The translations under genes were made by a program, and so were the position numbers. From positions 41,648 through 105,647 of IMG/VR virus record IMGVR_UViG_3300010396_000006: DNA of 64,000 nucleotides; one strand, given 5' to 3'. The notes under the pieces were generated by a model. It made no database searches. It saw nothing but the letters and a program-made list of their open reading frames with translations, and was not told where the DNA came from. Below are positions 29,238 through 39,461 of the stretch, piece after piece (position 1 is the first letter of the stretch; every line of letters begins with the position of its first letter). Source of the DNA: a virus.

Positions 29238-29750
29238 ATGAAAAAGCTGTTGAGTGTTGTTTGTGTTTTTGGATTGTGCTGCGTGGTCTTCGGTGAAGGC
29301 GTTGGCCGCACAATCGAGGAAGACATGGGGCTTCCGCCGTTGCCAAAAGCAGGGAAGGCCACTGAGCAGGAAGCATTGAATTATCGCCGCTGGGAAATTG
29401 TCGAAGTCAATGGCAAAGATCGATACAAAGCGAAATGGCTGGAGAAAAAATTAGACGACATTCGACCATATCTCGAATCGAATACCGGCGGTGTGTACGT
29501 CGACATCGAACATGGGACTACTGGACTGCACAACGTCTCAGCGATTCTGGTCCAATACGACAAATTCAAGGACCATCGAAACTTGGCCGTGTTCAACAAA
29601 TCCAAAAATATCGCTCTGCTGGCGTTCGACAGGTGGAACACGTGCTGTTTGGGCATCGCCTCTCCCGACGCTGACGAAATTATTCGACGGCACGGATTTA
29701 AATGCTCGGCGTTAGACGTGGCTCGAATGCTGAGGCTGATGGAGGAATGA
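29238..29750 (+). CDS. exported/membrane hypothetical protein
   Basis: Signal-like MKKLLSVVCVFGLCC after GGAGG RBS. Confidence 0.55.
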   Translation: MKKLLSVVCVFGLCCVVFGEGVGRTIEEDMGLPPLPKAGKATEQEALNYRRWEIVEVNGKDRYKAKWLEKKLDDIRPYLESNTGGVYVDIEHGTTGLHNVSAILVQYDKFKDHRNLAVFNKSKNIALLAFDRWNTCCLGIASPDADEIIRRHGFKCSALDVARMLRLMEE

Positions 29751-29772
29751 CGGAACTAATCAGGCACCCGCT

Positions 29773-29949
29773 ATGGAAAACGAAATTCGCCGATGCGACT
29801 ACTGTGGAGCGCCAATCGACCCTATTGATTGGTGTTATGGGTGTATGCGCGGCGAGAAGTGCCACAAGCGTCGTCGCAAAAGGAAAGACGCCAGGCATTG
29901 CAGCAGCGAATGCCAGAGGGCCGACCATCGCGACAAACGTAAGTCTTGA
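29773..29949 (+). CDS. small Zn-finger protein (below the ORF-track length cutoff)
   Basis: Translated by hand: MENEIRRCDYCG...CYGC...RKDARHCSSEC...KS*. Confidence 0.55.
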   Translation: MENEIRRCDYCGAPIDPIDWCYGCMRGEKCHKRRRKRKDARHCSSECQRADHRDKRKS

Positions 29950-31601
29950 ATTCATGTCCCGACCTGGGAGGGGAAATCGATGCCAGAGAAGCCAACATTC
30001 ATGACGGCCGATGAATATGACGCCATCGTTCAGGCGGATGGAGCGACATGCGCATGCTACGAGGGATTCAGCCGGATGATGGCAGTTTGGCGCTACGAGA
30101 ATCCCGACGACGATCGAAGCGACTACGAGATTTTAGAATCGCCGGAGTTTCAGAAATGGAACACGCCGGCTGAAACGCGATAGCTGTTTGGTTCTGCGAT
30201 CGATACTTAATGGAACACAACCGCATTCTATTCGGAGATGACGATGCGAGGTCTTTTGTTCTTCATGCGTTCTGAAAAGGTCGATCACCAGTATCGCAAT
30301 CAGAACGAGGCAAAGCTGGCCAAAACACTGAATGAAGCGAGGGCAACCTTGGCTAATTTGGTCAATACCTACATCGGCCGATTGTATGAGTTCCGGACGC
30401 CGGAAGATGTTTGGATTGATGTCGATCCTGACGTCGAAAATGGAAAGCGGCTCGGTCTCGTGTCGAAACATGGTGAAGGCCATCAACTCATTATCCGCGA
30501 TGGTGAGGACGATCATGGATTGCACGAACTGGATCATCACGAATTGACGGAACTGTTCGAGCGATTGCCAGAACTCAAACGGGAAGTCATCAAGGCATCG
30601 ATTGATCACCTGGGCGAGATCCAATCGGCAATCGCATTCTTTCGTGAGAATGTTCTTGGCGTTGCTTCTGACGAGGAAGAGTGAATGTCGCCTGAAGAAC
30701 AAGAATCAGTCAGGGCAGAAGAAAAACGTCACTACGAACTCGGCGTGATGTTCCTGTTTGATATTGCCGACACCATCGACATAGAAAAGCCAAGCACCGT
30801 CGATGCCGAATTTGGATTGTTCAATACCGTGGCGATGCTGATGATTCGATTAAACCAGCATCTTGACGGGCCGACAAAAGACCGCATGCGTGATGACGGT
30901 TCAATCCAAAAGATGGTCTCTGCTGGGGCTATGGCGATGATGGACGAATTCAAGCGAATCCGCGAGGAAGATCTGAGAAAGAACTGAATTATGATTATCA
31001 GTTTTTATGAGATGCAATTGTTCTGTGATGCACAAAATCATGTGAATCCAAAAGGTCCGTCGCAGAGTTCATTCACTGGAACAACAGTAGAGTCAGCCAA
31101 GCAGCATGCTGCCAGATGCGGGTGGACAATCAAAAATTATCGCAAGAGAGAAGTTTGCCTATGTCCGAAGTGTGGTCCAAAGGCCAAGATCAAATGAAAG
31201 GCGGTCCAATGTCTGAACAAGACGAAATGAAACAGTTGCTTCATGACATCGGTTGCCGTTGCCGTCATCCGAATTCAAGTCAGGAATGGTACATTCTGGA
31301 CGGCATTTCGATTGATTTCTACCTGTTGTTTGACACGTCACTGGACGATGAAGAACCAAAGCCGGGAACTTGCGACGTCTTTCTACTCGAAACCGGGGAT
31401 GTTCCGGGGTCGCATGATTGCCGAATTGCCGCTGATTTAATTCCGAAACAGATCATCGCGTTGCTGCGATTAATGAATCTGCCGTTGCTGAAAGAACGAG
31501 TCAGAGACGTGCTGGAAGTCAGGGCCGCGATCTACGGTCTGGTGTGATTCCGATTCCAAGGCCAAATCAGACCTGTTAGATTCCGGCCAAAGGAATCAAT
31601 C

Positions 31602-33095
31602 ATGGAACTGCCCAATCGGGACGATTTGGAAGCGAGATTCGCGAAACGGTTCGGCAAGGTCGCCAGAAGGCACATGAGGCAATTCAGGAAGTTGCTCGGC
31701 AATCCACCAGATCTACGAAACGTCCCCGAAGATTTCTACGAACAGATGCAACGGGAAGTCGATAACGAGCTGTATGCGATCCTGTTGCTGATCTTCGACG
31801 AATCGGCCCTGTATCACGGCTGGAGTGGCACAGCAGCGAACCTCGCAGCCTATGGGTGGGCGCACAAGCGAGCGATCGACTTCTCAAAGTATTGGGTTGA
31901 TTCATCTCGATCGATCCTACAAACCGGATTCGACAAGCTGAATGAATCAGAGCCAGTTCAGGAACGGACGGTTGAGGAAGCCAGGGAAGCCGCACGGCCG
32001 AAAGTCGATGAAGGCGTTAAACTGCCGACCAAGGAAGAAATCAGTAAACTCGTCGATAAGGTATTCGGGCCGCATCGCATTGCCGTGGTGGCTGTCGACG
32101 AGACAACGCGGGCGCAACATGCCGGGGCAGAATCGGCGGTTGACGCGACAGTCGGACTATCGACGGATGATCTGTGGCGAGTTCAGGAATCATCCCCAGG
32201 TGTTCCGGATGAAAAAGTTTGTCCATTGTGCCGATCCGTGAATCGAGTGAAGCGGAAAGATTGGCCGTGGCGACTCAGCGAAGGTCCGCCCTGTCATCCA
32301 AACGACCGTTGCTATGTGGAATATGTCAATGTGCCAGTCAAGGAAGCCGTTGGCCGAATGTTGGAAGATTCCGATTACAAAAGCCTATCACTTCATCGCG
32401 AATCATTCGATCTCAACGCATGGTATCGAACAGCCGCAAACGCTCCCGAGTGGCGGGCACACTGCCGAAAGAATGAAATCGAGATCGACGATCTGACAGC
32501 GTTCAAATCGTTCAATCCGAACGAGCCAAGGGCAAAGGATGGCAGGTGGATGTCAGGGGGATCAGATCATGACCCATCCGCAAATGATAAGTATGTCCTG
32601 AGGAGAACATCTAACCCTGACGCAGATCTCAAGCGAGGATGGTCAGCATGGGGCGGAATCTACACTGATTCGCCGCTCGACAATCCGGAAGTCGATAACA
32701 AAATGGCGGAAGAAGGGAAAGACGTCTACGACATAATCAACGCCATCGGTGACGACAATACGCACGAAACAGAAGAAGGCTGGGAGATCAACGACACTCC
32801 AGAGGCAAAACAAGCCGTCGCTGAATGGATTGATGAAGAACTGGGATTGGATATGCGCAAAGATCCAACAAGCGGCAAGTGGGCTCTATTTCATCACCAT
32901 GGCCTTTCGTCGTACGAATTGGAATCAACCCATCCTGACGCCGCCGTTAATGAGGGTCGAAGGAAAGTCACTAGCGGAGAGCATGACTTCCTCACAGGTG
33001 GCCACACTGGAATCGATCCAGTTGCGTATCACCACGTTGGCGATGACAAGTATGTGTTTCGCGTTCGAGATACTGGCATTCAAAGGGATTCTTAA
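31602..33095 (+). CDS. MuF-like minor head protein with C-terminal extension
   Basis: 'VAVDETTRA...VCPLC...PPCHPNDRC' MuF motifs; then 'FKSFNPNEPRAKDGRW' and an acidic unknown domain. Confidence 0.8.
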   Translation: MELPNRDDLEARFAKRFGKVARRHMRQFRKLLGNPPDLRNVPEDFYEQMQREVDNELYAILLLIFDESALYHGWSGTAANLAAYGWAHKRAIDFSKYWVDSSRSILQTGFDKLNESEPVQERTVEEAREAARPKVDEGVKLPTKEEISKLVDKVFGPHRIAVVAVDETTRAQHAGAESAVDATVGLSTDDLWRVQESSPGVPDEKVCPLCRSVNRVKRKDWPWRLSEGPPCHPNDRCYVEYVNVPVKEAVGRMLEDSDYKSLSLHRESFDLNAWYRTAANAPEWRAHCRKNEIEIDDLTAFKSFNPNEPRAKDGRWMSGGSDHDPSANDKYVLRRTSNPDADLKRGWSAWGGIYTDSPLDNPEVDNKMAEEGKDVYDIINAIGDDNTHETEEGWEINDTPEAKQAVAEWIDEELGLDMRKDPTSGKWALFHHHGLSSYELESTHPDAAVNEGRRKVTSGEHDFLTGGHTGIDPVAYHHVGDDKYVFRVRDTGIQRDS

Positions 33096-33600
33096 AAAGG
33101 AAGATCAATGATCAAGTCAGTGTTTGCGGGAGAAAACGAAGAGACCGGAGAAATTATCAATGGATGAGCAATTGAGATTAGAGAAGGGGTGCTACTTGCT
33201 GATTCTGAAAAGAAAAAACGCGCCCTGAGATTCGAAACAAAAATTCAAGCAGACGCGGCTATCTCGGCACTGGCTGAACACGGTATTTTTACTTTTGACG
33301 ACATTCAGTCTGTATTGAGAGAAGATGTTGTCTCGATATGCCGGAATGCAACCGCATGACAATCCTCAACCAAATCTATCCGCATCTCAAGATCCACAAC
33401 CAAACAAGACCGGGCACGTCAGTATCCTATGGGGCCGCAAGATCCCTGGAATTCTGCCTACAGGAACGAGAACGCCAAGCCGAGCGCCAGCGGCAATTCC
33501 GCGACGTGTTCTCAAGAGCATTCCCCGGATGCAATCTGCTGGCCGTTGATGAACTGATGGAAAAGCTTGACTTTTGAGCAGGCCGAATCGGGATTTACAG

Positions 33601-33683
33601 AAATCTTATAGATTTCCGTTGACAGAATGCCGATCCAAGATTAGGATCAGGCCATCGCGACTCAGTTGACAGTAACCAACTGA
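33601..33683 (+). promoter_or_regulatory. promoter module 4
   Basis: AAATC-TTATA-GATTT, TTGACA-17-TAGGAT, hairpin TCAGTTG-ACAGTAAC-CAACTGA. Confidence 0.8.
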
Positions 33684-34880
33684 CGGAATCGCCTCTTAAA
33701 AACAACGGAGATCTGAATCATGATCACGACTCAAGCCGAGCCAAAATTCTGCGTTGGTGACGAAGTGAAGCTTCCTAACGGTCAAGTCTGTCCAGTCGCC
33801 GAAATCGAATTTGATTCGGTTCTCGGATTCCGATACTGCGTGGTTCTGTTCGGGACCGATGACGAACCGGACGAACGAGATTGGTACGGCGAAAAGCGTT
33901 TGAAGCTCGCTTGATTCGATTAATCTCACTCACAAAGGTCAATGAATGCTCCCCGAAGAAATGGAATTCCACCGCAACTATCCGTTCATGCTGGTCGACA
34001 GGATGTGTCCAGGCGTGATCGTCGATCGATGCCGGTCATTCTCAGAAGCGACTGGACTGGTGAAGTCAATGGGCGCTCATGTGGTCAGTCTCAACGGATG
34101 CGTCGTGACGTTTGAAAATGTCGCCGCTGTTCGGAGTTCGTTCATCTCGAAGCCACACAAGGATCAATCATGCCGCGGATCTCACTCGTCAAATATCGTG
34201 AACTGATTGAAGACTGTTGGGCGAAAAGGCGTGAGCTGACGAATGCCGTCTCGTCTCATGATCAGCGGGTCGCATGGATGTGGTGTCGAGATGCGACCGA
34301 TGCCCTGAAGTCAGCCAGAACGGCGTTTCCCGCGGAACGAGATTCACGCCGGGCCGCGTTTGTGATCTCGACCAATGAGATTCTACTGGCTCGCAAGAAA
34401 GCGGAATTCGACGCCGTAGATGTGCTGATTACAAAACTGGCATTTGGAAAAGGTCCGTGAAATGGCTGTACTGATTCAGAAATGGCAAGCGGCGGACGGC
34501 TCCGAGTGGAACACTCTCCAAGCGGCGGAAGGCCGGGAACGATTGTTGAGTGAAATCAACATCGCCATGTCGATACTGAGGATTGTCAAAGTCGAACGCG
34601 GCAAGTTCTATCAGCATGATCTGCCGCTCGTGAGATTGGCTCGCCGGCGTCTGGTGGAAATCATCAAGCGTGAACGATTGCAGCATTGGCCAGAGCATCA
34701 AGCAAGAGACGCCGATGAGTTCCATCCCAACGGAGGACTCGGGCGAATTCTTGATGATCCAGGAGATCCTCTTGCGTCAGCGTGGGGACGATTCGGCAGC
34801 ATTGACTTCGAAACAGGCCGTCAATACGACCAGCCGTACACTGCAATGCACCCCGAAGAAATGGCAAAGGCTGAACCGCA

Positions 34881-35102
34881 ATGAACACTCTCACCGTCAA
34901 AGAAGTGGCCAAACTCTGCCGAGTGACCAATCAGACGATCAAGCGATGGTTTGAGAAAGGGAAGCTCGAAGGATTCCGAAATCAAGAGGAGCAAATCCGA
35001 TTCTGGATTTCGGACGTCAAGATCTTTATCCGTGAAAAAGGACTGCGATACCCGAAGCGGTTCGAACCATCAGGCTTTGATTGCATTGAACTCGGTTGCT
35101 GA
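34881..35102 (+). CDS. excisionase/MerR-like HTH DNA-binding protein
   Basis: 'LTVKEVAKLCRVTNQTIKRWFEKGKLEG...IRF'. Confidence 0.8.
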   Translation: MNTLTVKEVAKLCRVTNQTIKRWFEKGKLEGFRNQEEQIRFWISDVKIFIREKGLRYPKRFEPSGFDCIELGC

Positions 35103-35511
35103 AGGAACTCATCGTGCAGAAGTGGGAATACAAAGTCGAAGTTGTTACCGGAGAGGCGGACTCGGTCGACTACTTGAACTCACGAAGCAACGACGGCTGG
35201 CAGCTTATTCAGATGCAATTTCCGCAAGTCGGAGCTACGGCTTTGTGTTTCTACATGCGGGAAAAGAAAGAATCGACAAAGCCGGCTGAATGGCTCGACA
35301 AGCCCGATTCTTACGGTCTCTGGTTGTTCGCGGGAAAGAAACCAATGATCGGTTACTACGATGGATTGCCGTTCGAAGTCTCTTCTGACGGAGGCAATCT
35401 GCCGAAGATGATTGCTCGCGATCTGTGTGCCCGTGGCGACTACCGGCCGATCACCGCATTCGTTGGCAAGTGGAAAAAGATGGCCTATGAAAAACCTCCC
35501 GAGGATCAATC

Positions 35512-36073
35512 ATGAACTTCATCATCGTGGATACTGAAACTTCGGATCTTCCCCTACAGGGCTCCTCCATCAGCCGTCGACAACTGGCCGCGAATCGTAA
35601 CGATCGCATGGCACATTCACGCTGGCGATTGGGATGTCTCGCACTATCACGTCATCAAACCAGACGGCTGGCGATCGACTCTCAAAGCTCTGGACATTCA
35701 CAAGATCACCCATGAGGAAGCCGAGGTAAAAGGCGAACCTATCAGGGACGTCCTGACGTCCCTTGCGGCGGACGTTGCAAAAGCTGATCGAGTGATCTGC
35801 CACAACACGGAATTCGATCTGAAAGTCATTTGGGCCGAACTGATCCGCGTCCAGATGCCAGACATCTTCAAGGACAAGCAATTTCTTTGCACGATGAAGT
35901 CGACAACGAACTACTGCCGCATCCCAGGACCTTACGGCAACAAATGGCCAAAGCTGGAGGAACTGTACTTCAAGTTGTTCGGTGAGAAGTTTGAAGGTCA
36001 CAACTCGTCTGGAGATGTTGCCGCGACGTTGAAGTGCTATCTGAAGTTGATCGAACTAGGGCTCATCCAATGA
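35512..36073 (+). pseudogene. DEDDh 3'-5' exonuclease interrupted by a +1 frameshift
   Basis: 'IIVDTET' in frame 0; 'YRAPPSAVDNWPRIV...CHNTEFD...FLCTM...HNSSGDV' in the +1 frame from 35555. Confidence 0.75.
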
Positions 36074-36711
36074 GATGCGACGAATGCCGATTTTGGAAGA
36101 GAATTGAATTAGGGGACGAACCGGCTGCTGACGGAGAAAGCGGGGAGTGTCGCATTAATCCGCCAAAAATCATTGGCGTGATTTCTATCGCTGCCAATAG
36201 GCAATCGTCTGAACAAGCGGGGATTCCTGTTGAGATTGACGACTTCTGCGTTAACAAGGGACGATTTCCTAGAACTTACAACGATTGCTGGTGTGGGAAA
36301 TTTGAGGCGATTCGATGATCGATCAAGAAAACCTCGACATGGCCATCAAGGTAATGGATTGGGCGGTAATCGCGTTGCTGACATTATTGGTGATCCTGGG
36401 CGCATTCGTGATCTGGAATTTTGATTGTTGGTACAGAAATGAAAAAACAAACGAAAAAAGAAAGTCCTGAATTTCCGCGTCCAGAACTGTACGCATTCCG
36501 TGAGGAACACGGCGGCGTCCTGTGTGAGCGACTTGAGAATGGATGCTGGGTTATCTGGGGCGGTCAACCCAGTCGATTCGGTACTAATCGCCAGGCGTGG
36601 GACGGCCACGGATTTGAATGGACAACTCGACCGGCGGAATTCACAACGATGGAATTGGCTTGGCACGAATTCATTCAGAAGATCCAAGGAAAACACTGAG
36701 CGAGATCCAAA

Positions 36712-37263
36712 ATGCGACCGAAACACTTCTACCATGTTTCGAGCCAATGGCTCGGCAACGAGTTCCAGCCAATCCTACGAACGCCAAGCGACATGGCGAA
36801 GAAAGAACCGCCGACACCCAGGCTCTGCGTCTGTCCGACAATCGCGGCCTGTTTCGCGGCCAGACTGATGGCCAGTCATCGAACAGCATACGTCTACAAA
36901 ACCGCCAAGCCTTATCGCGGCATCGCTCCCAGGTCAGTCTGGGACCAGATCATTACTGGCGAAAAGTGGCTCATCCCTCCCGTCAAACTGATCCACGTGG
37001 CGAACATCAATGCGCTAACGGTCGACAAGATTCAGTCAGCCGTGATCTATTACCACAAGATCACAAAGCAGAATTCTGGGCATCTGGTGAGATTGGCGCA
37101 GTACGCTCGCGCCAACGAGATAATCGGCGGTCCCGAGTGGGAAGAACGGCTGATCAATCGGTGGCTACGTCGGTTTGACATTTTCGATCCAGAGCGATTC
37201 TTGATCATGAAAGCGATGGAATATCGTCGCAAATCGATTCTCGCAGACCTGCGATTGTTTTGA
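36712..37263 (+). CDS. conserved phage protein, possible ADP-ribosyltransferase-like fold
   Basis: 'FYHVS...TPRLCVCPTI...DQIITGEKWL'. Confidence 0.4.
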   Translation: MRPKHFYHVSSQWLGNEFQPILRTPSDMAKKEPPTPRLCVCPTIAACFAARLMASHRTAYVYKTAKPYRGIAPRSVWDQIITGEKWLIPPVKLIHVANINALTVDKIQSAVIYYHKITKQNSGHLVRLAQYARANEIIGGPEWEERLINRWLRRFDIFDPERFLIMKAMEYRRKSILADLRLF

Positions 37264-37388
37264 AAAGTCATCGCCGAAAATCGGTTCATAAACCGGTGAT
37301 GACTATTAAATGCCTGCCGTGCCATTGCCGGTCGGAACTTTCCGTACCAGTCCGGTCCTTGACTCGCCCGGACACGCCTGCCGTGCCA

Positions 37389-37480
37389 CGAAAAAGACCC
37401 GCCTCCAACCGGTGACAGCGGTCGAAAGCGGGCCAAACGAACATCAAATTAAAACCAATTGCAGGCTGTCACCACTGCGT
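37389..37480 (-). ncRNA. kissing-loop terminator RNA 3 (minus strand)
   Basis: Minus-strand promoter TTGATT-17-TAGGAT (37516-37488); 5' hairpin loop GGTGACAGC; terminator carrying GCTGTCACC, then TCTTTTTC. Confidence 0.6.
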
Positions 37481-37646
37481 TGCGAGCATCCTAGACAGAT
37501 GATTTAGGAAAATCAACTAGAAAAAACTATAAGCGAATAGAAAAGCCAGTCTTCGCATTGAAAACAGCTTGCTGTTGATTCCTCAACCAGAATAAGCCAA
37601 ACTGGTTACGTTCTACTCCCAAGTAATCGCCCGTGCGAGGAACGCC

Positions 37647-37898
37647 ATGTTGGTCAAGGAAGACACAAGCCGTCAGGCCAAGCGCCTGCAACGAATCCGG
37701 TGGCGTCGACTGCCGGAAGCTCCCATCTGTCCAAAATGCTCTGTCGCCTGTCTTCAAGGGTCGACACAAAAACGAGCTGACGGCATCACGATTCAGTATC
37801 GATACTGTCCTAAGTGTCGCTATTCGATGCCGACTGAAGTTGATCCGCTCGTTCTGATGACGAGACGCGATCGACGCAAAAAAGTTTCGTTACAGTAA
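37647..37898 (+). CDS. Zn-ribbon protein upstream of the head operon (possible late regulator)
   Basis: CPKC...QYRYCPKC. Confidence 0.55.
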   Translation: MLVKEDTSRQAKRLQRIRWRRLPEAPICPKCSVACLQGSTQKRADGITIQYRYCPKCRYSMPTEVDPLVLMTRRDRRKKVSLQ

Positions 37899-37954
37899 GA
37901 ATCGATTCGCTTCGATATTCTCAGAACTCTGCCGTGATTCTCTAATCGTCCGGC

Positions 37955-39379
37955 ATGAGCAGTCTTGCACCAAACCTTATCGACTCGCTGAATGCATTTG
38001 ATGAGTACCGAGGTGCAGGACGGTTCTACAGACTGAAGTCCAGCGACGGTCAAGATGCTCTCGCCCTAGACAGAGTTCTTACGAGATCTTCGATTGACCC
38101 GACCCGGATGTATGTTCAAGCCGTTGTTAGCAACACAAATCCCGACGATGTCGGCGATATCCTGCAACCAAGAGGGTTTGATCTCAGTCGCTACGAATTG
38201 AATCCAGTTTGGCTTTGGGAACACGGATTAGATCCGGCCATCCCGTTGCCAATCGCCAGCGCGGAAGGGCCTGACGGTCGACTTGATTTGCAGATCAGCG
38301 AAACGGAAGTCACAGCCGGTTCCTACTTCTCGCAAAGCTACCCTGCCGCAGTCCAGATTTTTCAACTGATCGATGAAGGAATTATCCGGTCCGTCAGCGT
38401 TAGGGAAAAGCCTCTCGTCACTCCTCGACAAGTTTTGAAGTCAGGTCAGTGGGTCAACATCGTTGATCGGTGTTTACTCGAAGAGATCAGTTGGTGCCGT
38501 ATGGGCGTCAACATGACGGCTGTTCGCAAATGCCTTGATCGAAACAGACTCGACGGTCGGCCAATTCTCGAACCAATTTTCAAATCCTTGTCCGCTTGTG
38601 TGCCGCGTCAATCGAAACCCGGAATCGGATGGAAGTCAAAAATGCGAATGCCAAACGACATGGATGACGACGGCGAAACAAAAGATGTGACCGCAGCGGA
38701 GCAAGCCAAATTGTCAGCCAAAAAATCAGCCGACGCGGATGGCAAGGAAAAAGACGCCGAAACGAAGCCTGCTGATGAAGTCGCGACGGGCGATGCAGAC
38801 GGACCAACGCCGGAACCTGAAAGCATGGACCCAAGCCAGCGCCCACTCGGCAGCCAGATCCTGAAGTCGATGCATCAAGGCATCAAGGACGTTTGTAAAG
38901 CGGCGGAATCCTGCACCGGACCCATGCTCGAACATGAAGGCGTCAAGAAAGACGCGACCGACATGTGCGGCGAATTGCGGTCTCATCTGAAATCGCTCGA
39001 AGGTTCGCACGCCAAACACTATCCGAAAATGAAATCCGACCTGAAGTCGGACGACATGGATGATGAAGGCGGTGACGATGAAGGCGGCGATGACTCCGCG
39101 ATGAAGTCGTTCTTGGCTCTGTCGGTCTCGCATCAACGATCCGTGGGCGGCGTCACATATCGCCTCAAATCACTGCTGTCCGAGGCCAACATCACTCCAG
39201 ACCAAAAGCGAATCATCAACAGCGATGTCAAGTTCCTTGAACGTCTGGAATCAGAATCAGAATCGCTGCACAAATCACAATTGAAATCCAAGTCCGCCAA
39301 TTCGGAACCTGAATTGACTGCCGAGCAGTTGAAGGAAGCCGAAGAACTGATGGCGAAACTCAGTCCCGCAAAATCTTAA
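37955..39379 (+). CDS. HK97-type prohead protease with long C-terminal scaffold-like region
   Basis: 'DDVGDIL...NPVWLWEHG...IDEGIIRSVSV...LEEISWC...GVN'; directly upstream of the capsid gene. Confidence 0.85.
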   Translation: MSSLAPNLIDSLNAFDEYRGAGRFYRLKSSDGQDALALDRVLTRSSIDPTRMYVQAVVSNTNPDDVGDILQPRGFDLSRYELNPVWLWEHGLDPAIPLPIASAEGPDGRLDLQISETEVTAGSYFSQSYPAAVQIFQLIDEGIIRSVSVREKPLVTPRQVLKSGQWVNIVDRCLLEEISWCRMGVNMTAVRKCLDRNRLDGRPILEPIFKSLSACVPRQSKPGIGWKSKMRMPNDMDDDGETKDVTAAEQAKLSAKKSADADGKEKDAETKPADEVATGDADGPTPEPESMDPSQRPLGSQILKSMHQGIKDVCKAAESCTGPMLEHEGVKKDATDMCGELRSHLKSLEGSHAKHYPKMKSDLKSDDMDDEGGDDEGGDDSAMKSFLALSVSHQRSVGGVTYRLKSLLSEANITPDQKRIINSDVKFLERLESESESLHKSQLKSKSANSEPELTAEQLKEAEELMAKLSPAKS

Positions 39380-39461
39380 GTCGAGCGTTTTGTTTTTGAT
39401 TGTGGCCGAATGGCCAGGATGGTTTCAGTAAGCCCACGATCCCCAGGAAGGTTGATTCAAC

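Larger units (their letters stand above)
27651..30230 (+). repeat. island of ordered, duplicated boundary sequences (D-E-C-A-B twice)
   Basis: D 27651/29213 (13 nt), E 27888/29228 (13 nt), C 28300/29754 (11 nt), A 28441/29946 (30 nt), B 28726/30178 (25 nt), each pair identical. Confidence 0.85.

Noticed and set aside
27651-30230. Classical integron cassette array
   Set aside because: No integron integrase in the window and the joints lack attC R''/R' boxes and the long imperfect palindrome
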